Virus record (IMG/VR): IMGVR_UViG_3300038988_000262
Span: 1-36,357 of that record
Origin: a virus
Taxonomy: Duplodnaviria; Caudoviricetes
Length of the DNA stretch: 36,357 bases
Reading direction: 5' to 3' (one strand)
Below are positions 1 through 8,046 of the stretch, in pieces. Below the pieces are notes generated by a model. The model worked only from the letters and a program-made list of their open reading frames with translations, had not been told where the DNA came from and ran no database searches. The translations under genes and the position numbers were made by a program. Every line of letters begins with the position of its first letter. Position 1 is the first letter of the stretch.

Positions 1-720
1 TTTTTTGATTGGGTAAAAACTAATTCGAATAAACTTCTTGCTTTTTTTAATTTACATCCCGACAAGATTCTTATGGGCGAATGGCTTGTTAAGCATACAG
101 TCGATTATGCTCCCGAAAAGTATAATGAATTTTACATTTTCGATATTTACGACTATACTAATAAGACGTATATAAAATTTGGAGCTTTAGAGTGGTCTGT
201 TTTAAACGATTTAAAATTTAAGATCATTCCTTGCGATTGCGTTTTGATAAATCCTAAGACAGAAGAACTTATTAAGTGTCTTGAATTGCCTTCTATGTGT
301 GGCTCTGCTTTTAGAGAAGGAATTGTGATTAAAAATTGGGAATTTGTAAACGAATACGGAAATCAACCTTATGCGAAATTACTCAATAAAGATTTTAACG
401 AAGTAAAAGGCAAAAATAAAAACAAAGTAATAGATGCTTCCGAAACAGAACAAAGCATCGTAGATAATTACTGTACTTATTATCGTGTTGAAAAAATCTG
501 TAATAAGATTATTATAAACAATAATCGAGAAAGACTTGAAATGTCAGATGTTCCTCGCGTTCTTTCAACTGTTTGGTACGATATTATTACAGAAGAAATG
601 AACGATATTCTCAAAAAGTATAGATACCCTACCATCAACTTTAAAAATTTAAAGAAACTGTGTGATGAGACTACAAAAAAGCATTTTATTTCGTTGCTAC
701 AACGCAGTAATGCGATATAA
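1..720 (+). CDS. RNA ligase, Rnl2/nucleotidyltransferase family (5'-truncated; reading frame is open from position 1)
   Basis: Frame 1 is open upstream of the listed Met (FFDWVKTNSNKLLAFFNLHPDKILMGEW). Ligase motifs: III (MGEW), IIIa (FYIFDI), IV (REGIVIK), V (YAKL). Motif I (KxDG) would lie before the window. Confidence 0.8.
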   Translation, partial: FFDWVKTNSNKLLAFFNLHPDKILMGEWLVKHTVDYAPEKYNEFYIFDIYDYTNKTYIKFGALEWSVLNDLKFKIIPCDCVLINPKTEELIKCLELPSMCGSAFREGIVIKNWEFVNEYGNQPYAKLLNKDFNEVKGKNKNKVIDASETEQSIVDNYCTYYRVEKICNKIIINNNRERLEMSDVPRVLSTVWYDIITEEMNDILKKYRYPTINFKNLKKLCDETTKKHFISLLQRSNAI

Positions 721-750
721 TATAAATAAATAATCCCTGGAGGGTTGCAT

Positions 751-1263
751 ATGTGGATAAACGTAGAGTTGAAAGAAAAGCTGAATCGTGTTATTAGTTA
801 TCTTGATTCACAGATTTCGGAAGAAGGAAGTAAGGAAAAGAAACTTGAATCGAAGATTAAAATTCTTGAAGGGACGATTGATCAGCTGAAACAGCAGAAA
901 CGAGATCTTGAAATTGATCTCAAGAAGATCAAGGCCGACAACGAACTTGAGCGGAAGAAAATAGACGCAGATTTTAATCGCGAAAAAGCCGATATTAATC
1001 ATTTGATTGCTCTTGATAAAGAACGAGCCGAACAACTTCGCGAGCACGAAAGAAAAATGATGGACGTTCAGATCAAGGAAAAAGAAAATGAACTTTCTGC
1101 GAAGTATAATAATCAAGTTCGTGAACTTATCGAAAAACGTGATGCTGAAAATCTAAAACTTCTTAATGCTCATATGTCAGATTTGAAACAAATGATGACT
1201 GAAATTTTAAAGAGACTTCCCACTGTTACTGTAAGAAATATTTCATCTAAATCGGATAAATAA
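751..1263 (+). CDS. Coiled-coil hypothetical protein
   Basis: E/K/L-rich heptad pattern. GGAGG at 739-743 favours ATG 751 over TTG 745. Confidence 0.7.
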   Translation: MWINVELKEKLNRVISYLDSQISEEGSKEKKLESKIKILEGTIDQLKQQKRDLEIDLKKIKADNELERKKIDADFNREKADINHLIALDKERAEQLREHERKMMDVQIKEKENELSAKYNNQVRELIEKRDAENLKLLNAHMSDLKQMMTEILKRLPTVTVRNISSKSDK

Positions 1264-1979
1264 TGTCTCAGTCTCATACTCTTCTTTCCAAGACAATGAC
1301 TTTTCTTGGAGAAAAAATCGAACTATCAAACGATCATACAGCAGTTCTGAAGCGATGTCTTCAAATTTGCGCAGAAAAATATCTTGAAGATTTATTTGGA
1401 AGGTACGGATTCAGACTTTCGCGTGTTGTCGTTAGAATGGGAGATCACAATTGTGCTCTTATTATGGCAATTGAAATTATTCATCTTCCTACAAAAAAGG
1501 CTTTATCATGTACTGAAAAAATTTCAATGATAGATATTGAAAGAAGTCGAGATTGGAATTACGCTTTTGGACTTGAATCTACAACTCGATTCATACCGTC
1601 GAGATATATCGAATCGATGGAAAATATTTCAAGACGTCTCAGACACAAAATAGAAGAATTTATAAAGGATCAACCTATGATATCGCCACATTCTTATTGG
1701 ATCGATTCTAATTCAACTTTAGCGGATAATTTTTTTAAAAGCAATTATTTTTATTCGACCGATATTTATTACGAAGATAATACAATTAAAGCGTATACGT
1801 ATAAGTTAGAAAATGCTTTAAATACGTATTCTAATGATATTCTAGAAGATACTTTAAAGCGTATTGACCAAAACGAAAAGAAAAACGAATTCCCATACAT
1901 TAAGCGACTTATTTTAGATTCAAAAAATAGATTATCTTCTGATTATTTTTCACCCGAATTTTCTTATAAATATTTTTAA
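1263..1979 (+). CDS. Hypothetical protein
   Basis: 238-aa ORF with a TAATG stop/start overlap with the upstream gene (translational coupling). Confidence 0.7.
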   Translation: MSQSHTLLSKTMTFLGEKIELSNDHTAVLKRCLQICAEKYLEDLFGRYGFRLSRVVVRMGDHNCALIMAIEIIHLPTKKALSCTEKISMIDIERSRDWNYAFGLESTTRFIPSRYIESMENISRRLRHKIEEFIKDQPMISPHSYWIDSNSTLADNFFKSNYFYSTDIYYEDNTIKAYTYKLENALNTYSNDILEDTLKRIDQNEKKNEFPYIKRLILDSKNRLSSDYFSPEFSYKYF

Positions 1980-2010
1980 AAAACATATTGTATTAAAGAG
2001 GTAATCGAAT

Positions 2011-2424
2011 ATGAGAGGAAAGTTGCGTGCTAACAAAAGATATCTTATTTTAAAAGAGAATACGCTTTCTAGAAAAAGTTTTAATAGCGAATTTAACGAA
2101 TTATTAGATTTTTTTAAAACAAATGATAATATAAATCATTTAATCTATAATTGTTGTGATGAAGACGAAAATTTAGATATCTTTAATAGAAATCCTGTTA
2201 ACGTTTTATATCATATTTTGCGAATTTCGAAAAGACATATTTTATGGAGAGAAATTAGAAATCTTTTTGAACTAATTTATTTAGAAAATCCTAAAAGAAT
2301 TTTGTCAGAATCTTTCGTGATATTGTATTCATTAGATCTTATAGATTATAATTTTATAGAAAATAAAGAAAATTGTCGTTTTAAAGATTGTTTTGAGATT
2401 TTTTTAAAAGATACTGAAATATGA
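2011..2424 (+). CDS. Hypothetical protein
   Basis: 137-aa ORF with GAGGT Shine-Dalgarno upstream. Confidence 0.65.
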   Translation: MRGKLRANKRYLILKENTLSRKSFNSEFNELLDFFKTNDNINHLIYNCCDEDENLDIFNRNPVNVLYHILRISKRHILWREIRNLFELIYLENPKRILSESFVILYSLDLIDYNFIENKENCRFKDCFEIFLKDTEI

Positions 2425-2482
2425 TCAATTCGCAAGAATATATGTTAATATATTCTTATATTAAAAAAATGGAGAGGTGCTT

Positions 2483-2686
2483 ATGATACAAGGTAAAGAA
2501 GCATATAGTAAAATTAGAGAAATTTTAGACGAACTTTCTGAGGATGTAGATAAATTTTACGTAAAGCAAGTTAATGCACCAGGAAGTCGACTTAGAAAAG
2601 GATTGAAAAATATCGCTGATATTATAAGATCAGAGAAGAAAAATATTTCAGAGCTTAAAAATAGTAGAAAGAAAGAACAGAACTAA
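2483..2686 (+). CDS. Histone H1-like nucleoid protein, Hc1 family
   Basis: DVDKFYVKQVNAPGSRLRKGLKNIADIIRSEKK resembles the short Hc1 pattern (FYxKGNKAAGTRxRKxxxxL). Basic tail. GGAGAGG SD favours ATG 2483. Confidence 0.7.
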   Translation: MIQGKEAYSKIREILDELSEDVDKFYVKQVNAPGSRLRKGLKNIADIIRSEKKNISELKNSRKKEQN

Positions 2687-2702
2687 TTTAAAAACATAAT
2701 TT

Positions 2703-2774
2703 ATACTATACTTATGCTGAGTTGGCTTTGCTTTTATTTGTATGAATGATACAGTCAACTCAGCATATTAGTAT
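2703..2774 (+). other. Long intergenic hairpin (possible terminator, processing site or structured RNA)
   Basis: TATGCTGAGTTGGCT (2713-2727) pairs with AGTCAACTCAGCATA (2753-2767), 15 bp with one G-U. Outer ATACTA/TAGTAT extension. Confidence 0.6.
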
Positions 2775-2800
2775 TTAATATTTAAAGCGGAGTTATTATT

Positions 2801-3178
2801 ATGTCAAAAGTGAATATTCTAGGGATAGAATATAATATAAAAATTATAAGTTTTTCGGAATTATCGAGATTTTATAACAATGATTCTGAAGAACAATTCG
2901 TTTTCTTAAAAAAAATTATCGGTGAATCAGGAGAATTTTTTGGCGGTTTAACTGATTTTCAAAATTGTATCATTTGGATAAATAAAGATATGAATCAAGA
3001 TAGAATAAAAAAGATTTTAGTGCACGAAATTATGGAAGCTATAAATCAGGAAATACAAGGCGAACTAGATCATGTTTTATTGCAATCTATAACTAATGCA
3101 CTATATTCAACTAATTTAATCAATTTAGATAGTATTTTAAATGATGAAGAATTCAATATCTCTCTTTATAAAACTTGA
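2801..3178 (+). CDS. Phage protein with zincin/metallopeptidase-like HExxE motif
   Basis: KVNILGIEYNI N-terminus; G-x-T-D-F...I-W-I-N...ILVHEIMEAI pattern typical of small phage ImmA/IrrE-like proteins. Confidence 0.5.
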   Translation: MSKVNILGIEYNIKIISFSELSRFYNNDSEEQFVFLKKIIGESGEFFGGLTDFQNCIIWINKDMNQDRIKKILVHEIMEAINQEIQGELDHVLLQSITNALYSTNLINLDSILNDEEFNISLYKT

Positions 3179-3647
3179 GCTTTTAAAAGGATCTGTAAAT
3201 GCTATGATGATACCATCTAAAAATGGTAAAAGACTTATTTATGGCCGCGATTATAGACAACAAAAAAAGAATGTTCTTGAATTTCTTAAATTAAACTATT
3301 CAAATTTAGAAAACTATTTTGCGAAAAAGCCCGAATTTTATTCTACAAATGTTCATTATATAGTATTTGATAATTGGCTTACTAAATCATCTAAATTTAG
3401 AAAGTTAAAGAAAAAAGATGTTATAAATTTCGTGAAATGTGTAGAAGACGTAGTTTTTTCGTTTTTAGGAATAGATGATTCAAGTGCCATTAGTTACAAC
3501 ATAAAAAAATGTTTAATCGAGCCTGACGAAAGCCCTGCGATGCTATGCGTTATAGAATTGAATACAATGGATAAATCTGATTTACTATTTAATAGTCAAC
3601 AATATCCGGATATATGTCGATCAAACCATACGCTAACTCGTCTATAG
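3141..3647 (+). CDS. rusA: RusA-like Holliday junction resolvase
   Basis: SVN near the N-terminus; KKDVINFVKCVEDVVFSFLGIDDS matches the RusA DxxNxxKxxxD...DD motif. Confidence 0.7.
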   Translation: MMKNSISLFIKLELLKGSVNAMMIPSKNGKRLIYGRDYRQQKKNVLEFLKLNYSNLENYFAKKPEFYSTNVHYIVFDNWLTKSSKFRKLKKKDVINFVKCVEDVVFSFLGIDDSSAISYNIKKCLIEPDESPAMLCVIELNTMDKSDLLFNSQQYPDICRSNHTLTRL

Positions 3648-3909
3648 ATTCGTCTGCTAAATTGATTTTTTCTATTACGTATAGATACGTTCCAAATTGA
3701 AGACTTGACTTTATGTCGAAACCTAATTTATCATCTAGAACATTAGAATCGTAAAAATCGACAGGTTGTTCAGATAATTTTTCTTTTATTGAAAAACGAT
3801 ATTTATATTTGGAATTATGTTGTTTTATCGATTCGTAATCTTTATCTGTAAAAGAAATTATATTAAGTCTATATTTATCTTTTCTTACTAAGTGAAGTCT
3901 TTGTCCCAT
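3589..3909 (-). CDS. Hypothetical protein (beta-rich, possibly virion/BppU-like)
   Basis: 106-aa ORF with protein-like composition (LQFGTYLYVIE). Overlaps the 3' end of rusA convergently by 59 bp. Weak SD. Confidence 0.5.
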   Translation of the reverse strand: MGQRLHLVRKDKYRLNIISFTDKDYESIKQHNSKYKYRFSIKEKLSEQPVDFYDSNVLDDKLGFDIKSSLQFGTYLYVIEKINLADESIDELAYGLIDIYPDIVDY

Positions 3910-3921
3910 GTCTAAACTCGC

Positions 3922-3955
3922 AGAGGGTAGTTTTTCTTAAACTACCCTCTTTTTT
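3922..3955 (+). terminator. Rho-independent terminator for the + strand operon
   Basis: Perfect 12-bp stem AGAGGGTAGTTT/AAACTACCCTCT, 5-nt loop, followed by a T run on the + strand. Confidence 0.85.
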
Positions 3956-4011
3956 ATTTGACTTTGTTGTTTAAAACATTCAATCTTTTTATTTTTAACT
4001 ATATATATAGT

Positions 4012-4569
4012 TTATACGTCTTGTTTTATAAATAATCCAGATCTCTCAACTAATTTGTAATTATCTAATAATTTTTTTATATAGTTTGTCGGAACATTAG
4101 CATCTTTAAAATTCCCAGAATTATACGCATCTCCTACTTGACTAAGAAATTTAGGATTAAGACGGAAAATTCGTTTATTAAAAAATTTTATAGCGACTGG
4201 CATTGAATAATTATCGTCGTCAGCTTTTTCTGGAGTCGTTTTAGTAAATCCAAGTTCATGATAAATCAAAAACATGATTTGAAACGAACTCCACGAACTT
4301 GATGCGTCTTTTCCGTACATTTCATATAATTTTCGTTGTAATTCTGACGCTTTATAATATTTGCCTCCCGGCGCATAAGCTGGCTCAAATCTTGGAGATT
4401 TATCATATCCTCCCGACGATTCGCATAAGCTAAAAGCGCCTAACATAATTTCTTTGTTTACAGGTTTATATGTTTCGTCTACAACAAACTCATTTGGAAA
4501 CTCGAGTTTGTCAGCATGTTGTCTAATTATTTCTACTAAATCAGGTTTAATAAGAGGTCTTTTATTCAT
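4012..4569 (-). CDS. Lysozyme-fold muramidase / lytic transglycosylase (endolysin-like)
   Basis: CESSGG (catalytic Glu-Ser), RFEP, ASSSWSSFQIM...LGF (N-acetylmuramidase-like SWGxFQIM), AYNSG (SLT-like AYNxG). Confidence 0.75.
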   Translation of the reverse strand: MNKRPLIKPDLVEIIRQHADKLEFPNEFVVDETYKPVNKEIMLGAFSLCESSGGYDKSPRFEPAYAPGGKYYKASELQRKLYEMYGKDASSSWSSFQIMFLIYHELGFTKTTPEKADDDNYSMPVAIKFFNKRIFRLNPKFLSQVGDAYNSGNFKDANVPTNYIKKLLDNYKLVERSGLFIKQDV

Positions 4570-6088
4570 TGTAATTTACTCTTTCATATCTAGGTGAGTC
4601 GAGAACTTCGATCATGAATGAATAAGCATCTAAAAATTCATTCTTGATAAGCTTCGTGAAGATACTTGCACTCGCTCCAGAAACGTTTATAAATCCTCTA
4701 TCGTCCATCGACATTGGGAATTGATTATTTCTTCCATTTACACACCAGAATACAAGAAGAGGCATTTTATATCCTGCTTTCTCATATCTATTTCTAATTG
4801 TTTCGAAAAGAGTTTCTTTTATTTTATTACGACTATGAATGTATTCGGATGTCGCTTTTGCGCAGTTATCAAATTCCATATCTGAAACGATATAAATCTT
4901 TTTTACCATTTCTTCTTGACTTAGCTTTTTTTCAACCGCGATATTGAGGATTATGTCAAACACTGCTTCTACGTTGGTATTCATATTCCAGGCAGCTTTA
5001 GATAGATTTCGAACCTTGTCTACGATAGTTCTGCCCTTTACGGTTTGAAGTTCAGGAGATTCAGAGAACGTGATAAACTTGTTGTGGAATACTCCCTTGT
5101 TTCTTTCAGCTGCATAGATTGCAAGCGAAATAGAGATTGAAAGAGGAAGAAAATTATTGCTTGTCATAGATGCTGACGTATCTGCAACTACGATTGCATT
5201 TTCTTGCGTTCCTTCAAGATAATCAGGAAGAGCATTCCATAATGCATCAAGGCTGTTTTTATCTTTGTCACTATCAACTTCAATACATTTGCGAACGATA
5301 TCATATGGATATAAAACGCCAGCTTTGATAGTCCTTTCGCCCTTCTTTACAGATTCAAGGAATGAATTGTAACGATCTCCATCATGACGTCTGAACGCGT
5401 TACGGTAAAGAACGTTTGCTTGCGAAGGAACACGTTCATAGTCGACTTTGTCCCATTGATTTGACGAAATAATTCTTTCGAGAACATCGATTCTCTTTCT
5501 AAGAGTTGAAAGAAGCTTTCTATAACTACGAGGAGTTATTTCTAAAAACTTAGAGATCTTTTTTGCTTGATATTTGCTTTCTTTTGAAGAAGCATTTTCG
5601 GAAGGAAGCCACTTCGCAAGCAATGAAGGATTTTTTGCACTATAGTCAATTCTAAGCTGATTTTTAATTAGCTCCAAAGCATCTTTTTCAAGACATGTAT
5701 CAAAAAGAACGAATAGATCATCCCATCTTCCGTATTCTGGAATAAGATTAAGATTTTCTCTTAACCACTTCGACGCTTTAGAATGCGATAGGGATTTCAG
5801 AATGACACGGAATGTCCGACGTTCGCCTTGTCCCCCTCGAATATCTCTGAAATAAAACAACGCTTTTATGGCGTAATGAGGATTTTCGCAGAATGCAGCG
5901 TCAAATAAACGCACGATTTCATCTTCGGCTCTTTCACGCAGCCCACCCGCAAGTGAGAAAAAGTTTAAAAGGTCAGAACCTGTTGTTTTTCTCGCAACTG
6001 CGCCATTTTCAGTAAAAGTGAAATTGAGTTCTTTTTCGAGATAATCGAGAAGTTTTTCGAGATAATCGAGAAGTTTATTTTTTGACAT
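4562..6088 (-). CDS. DUF2828-family TROVE-like/vWA protein (Ro60-like architecture)
   Basis: TENGA, RDIRGGQGERR, IPEYGRWDDL, LAKWLPSE, vWA MIDAS-like DTSASM, T of NMNTN, SDMEFD, VFWxV. AAGGAG SD. Confidence 0.85.
   Translation of the reverse strand: MSKNKLLDYLEKLLDYLEKELNFTFTENGAVARKTTGSDLLNFFSLAGGLRERAEDEIVRLFDAAFCENPHYAIKALFYFRDIRGGQGERRTFRVILKSLSHSKASKWLRENLNLIPEYGRWDDLFVLFDTCLEKDALELIKNQLRIDYSAKNPSLLAKWLPSENASSKESKYQAKKISKFLEITPRSYRKLLSTLRKRIDVLERIISSNQWDKVDYERVPSQANVLYRNAFRRHDGDRYNSFLESVKKGERTIKAGVLYPYDIVRKCIEVDSDKDKNSLDALWNALPDYLEGTQENAIVVADTSASMTSNNFLPLSISISLAIYAAERNKGVFHNKFITFSESPELQTVKGRTIVDKVRNLSKAAWNMNTNVEAVFDIILNIAVEKKLSQEEMVKKIYIVSDMEFDNCAKATSEYIHSRNKIKETLFETIRNRYEKAGYKMPLLVFWCVNGRNNQFPMSMDDRGFINVSGASASIFTKLIKNEFLDAYSFMIEVLDSPRYERVNYNE
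6032..6076. repeat. Perfect 21-bp tandem duplication in the 5' end of the DUF2828 gene
   Basis: TTTTTCGAGATAATCGAGAAG x2 plus TTT; encodes KLLDYLE-KLLDYLE-K. Confidence 0.9.
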
Positions 6089-6112
6089 GCATACTCCTTT
6101 CTTCTAATGAAC

Positions 6113-6162
6113 TAGACTCGTTTCTACTCTTCCACGAGTTTAAGAATTGCTGTTAGAGTCTA
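6113..6162 (-). ncRNA. Putative structured RNA unit 1 (ACAGCAA motif)
   Basis: - strand: TAGACTC-TAACAGCAAT-TCTTAAACTCGTGGAAGAGTAGAAAC-GAGTCTA-G. 7-bp closing stem and an internal ACTC/GAGT hairpin. Confidence 0.7.
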
Positions 6163-6173
6163 TTTTTAAATTC

Positions 6174-6309
6174 TAAGCACTATCTTCTAACGCGAGACTT
6201 ACGAGTCATTAAAGCTGACCAAACTGAGCTTGTTGTATTTGCCAACAAGTTTGTTGGCGTATCAACTAATAAGTAACCAATAATTATAATCGATTGCTGT
6301 ATGTGCTTA
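6174..6309 (-). ncRNA. Putative structured RNA unit 2 (ACAGCAA motif, long multibranch insert)
   Basis: - strand: TAAGCAC-ATACAGCAAT-...-GTGCTTA-G. Internal hairpins GCCAACAA/TTGTTGGC, AAGCT/AGCTT and GACT/AGTC. Confidence 0.7.
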
Positions 6310-6319
6310 ATAAACGACT

Positions 6320-6376
6320 AAGATACAACATTCATTACAATGCAATATCGCGAATGTTATATATCGTATATATCTT
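6320..6376 (-). ncRNA. Degenerate fourth RNA unit
   Basis: - strand: AAGATAT-ATACGATATAT-AACATTC...GAATGTT-GTATCTT. Closing stem with a G-U pair; linker is only loosely like ATACAGCAAT. Confidence 0.35.
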
Positions 6377-6389
6377 TATTTAAAAAAAC

Positions 6390-6448
6390 AAGACACTTTA
6401 TCGACTCAGATTACATGGTCTGAAAATAAAAATTGCTGTTAGTGTCTT
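6390..6448 (-). ncRNA. Putative structured RNA unit 3 (ACAGCAA motif)
   Basis: - strand: AAGACAC-TAACAGCAAT-TTTTATTTTCAGACCATGTAATCTGAGTCGATAAA-GTGTCTT-G. Internal TTTAT/ATAAA and TCAGA/TCTGA stems. Confidence 0.7.
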
Positions 6449-6481
6449 TTAACATTAACAAAGCTTTATTTTGATTATTAA

Positions 6482-6493
6482 ATTATATCATAA
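6482..6493 (-). promoter_or_regulatory. Extended -10 promoter (TGnTATAAT) upstream of the RNA array and DUF2828
   Basis: - strand TTATGATATAAT. The identical 12-mer occurs at 35772-35783 upstream of the gp32-like gene. Confidence 0.65.
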
Positions 6494-6543
6494 TATAATC
6501 GTTACATATTAATTTTTTAAAAAAAATTAGAAATCACAATATA

Positions 6544-7938
6544 TTAAGAAAACATATCGTAATCTTTATCTCCTTTAAAATTTTCAAAACTTATCTCATC
6601 TAAATTTTCAAAATCAATTTCGTCCGATTCTTCTATTTTCATTAGTTTATAATCTATTTTACATGGAATTTCTATTCTAGCTTGACCACTTCTGTTTTTG
6701 CCTATATATAAACGAAGTTTATTTTTTGCAAATTCTTCTTTCGTTTGTCTAGCTATAAGCGCCACATCGCAAATCATAGCTTTTTCCCATGATTCAGATA
6801 AATTTGATATATCAGATTCTGATCTGTCGTATCCAGCTCTATTTATTTGAGAAGCTGTCCAAACTGGACACGAACATTCAGCTGCTAAAGCTTTTAGTTG
6901 TCGGTATATTAATCCTAAATCTGCTCTTCTTTCTGTATTTTTGACTGTCGATTTCATTAAATCTGCATAATCAACTATTATTAAATCGGGTTTTTTACCA
7001 GTCGCAATTACTTTTCTTTTTATATATAGAGATAACATATCTTTTGTCAAGACTTCTGGTGGAAATTCTTTTATTAGCAAATGACTTTCTTTATGTTCAT
7101 TAGCAAAATTTTTTATTTCGTTTCCGATAACTTCTATCGGGCTATTTATAACGTCTAACATTGGTTTTTTAGAAATCAAACAATCATATCTGGACATAAC
7201 TTCTGATGTTGACATTTCGAGAGAAAAATGATAAACAATTTTGTTGTTTAATAATCCCATATATCCGATATTACATAAAAACAAGCTTTTGCCAAAACCT
7301 GGAGGAGCAGCGATAAAATAAAGCTTGTTTGGGTATGCGCCGCCGATCAATATTTCGTTAAGTTTATTTGAGAAAGTTGGTATTATTTTGTTTTGATTTA
7401 TAAACGTTTTATTTCTTTCGCGCTTGGAAATATCTTCTAATTCCATTTCTCCAAAATCTGCTTCGAAGGTTAGATCATTTAATAGATTGTAAATATTTGA
7501 TTTTAAAATTGAAAGATCTTTTTCAGTTAATAAACCTAAACTCATATTTTGATCAGCAGATTTTACTGAAGACACTATTTGCTGAGTATGCTTTAAAAGT
7601 ATAAAACTTTCTATTCTTTCTATAAAATATTTTATGCACGATGTTTCGGCGATATCATTATTTGCACGTCTTTCTATTCCTTTTTCGATTACTTTATAAA
7701 TTTTATAATCTTTAAATTTTTCCATTATATAAAATTTATCTTTATTGTCTAATCTATCTTTTATTATTTCGACAAATTGATCTTGAAGTTCTGGATCTTG
7801 TAATACAGGATCGTCGAAATATCTGAACTTTAAAGCTTTTTCAAAGATAAACAAATTATATTCGTTTATTGATTCTAACAATATGTTTAAAAGATTAATA
7901 AACATATCGTTACTTATACTTGTGTATTTAGTTATCAT
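6544..7938 (-). CDS. dnaB: Replicative DNA helicase, DnaB/T4 gp41-like
   Basis: Walker A AAPPGFGKS, FSLEMS, Walker B IVDYADLM, WTASQINR, KNRSG. Start moved to ATG 7938 (GGAG upstream). Confidence 0.92.
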   Translation of the reverse strand: MITKYTSISNDMFINLLNILLESINEYNLFIFEKALKFRYFDDPVLQDPELQDQFVEIIKDRLDNKDKFYIMEKFKDYKIYKVIEKGIERRANNDIAETSCIKYFIERIESFILLKHTQQIVSSVKSADQNMSLGLLTEKDLSILKSNIYNLLNDLTFEADFGEMELEDISKRERNKTFINQNKIIPTFSNKLNEILIGGAYPNKLYFIAAPPGFGKSLFLCNIGYMGLLNNKIVYHFSLEMSTSEVMSRYDCLISKKPMLDVINSPIEVIGNEIKNFANEHKESHLLIKEFPPEVLTKDMLSLYIKRKVIATGKKPDLIIVDYADLMKSTVKNTERRADLGLIYRQLKALAAECSCPVWTASQINRAGYDRSESDISNLSESWEKAMICDVALIARQTKEEFAKNKLRLYIGKNRSGQARIEIPCKIDYKLMKIEESDEIDFENLDEISFENFKGDKDYDMFS

Positions 7939-7961
7939 ATTTACTATACTCCAGATAAAAT

Positions 7962-8010
7962 TAGCAAGCTGCAATTAATTTGCATTTAATACTTTTAAAG
8001 TAACTTGCTA
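7962..8010 (-). promoter_or_regulatory. Three-way-junction RNA structure in the helicase leader
   Basis: - strand TAGCAAGT/GCTTGCTA closing stem enclosing TACTT/AAGTA and TGCAA/TTGCA hairpins. Confidence 0.4.
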
Positions 8011-8046
8011 TATATCGTTTAGTTTAGTTGAATTAGTTATTTAAAA

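Noticed and set aside
721-728. T4-type late promoter TATAAATA (also at 15241-15248)
   Set aside because: An all-AT octamer is expected by chance in this AT-rich DNA, and the 15241 copy is on the wrong strand for nearby genes.
808-1116. - strand 102-aa ORF
   Set aside because: Antisense shadow of the K/E-rich coiled-coil gene.
6113-6448. CRISPR array or true tRNA genes in the DUF2828 upstream region
   Set aside because: The shared sequence is only about 10 nt, unit lengths are irregular, and there are no cas genes. There is no TTC T-loop, D-loop GG or cloverleaf.
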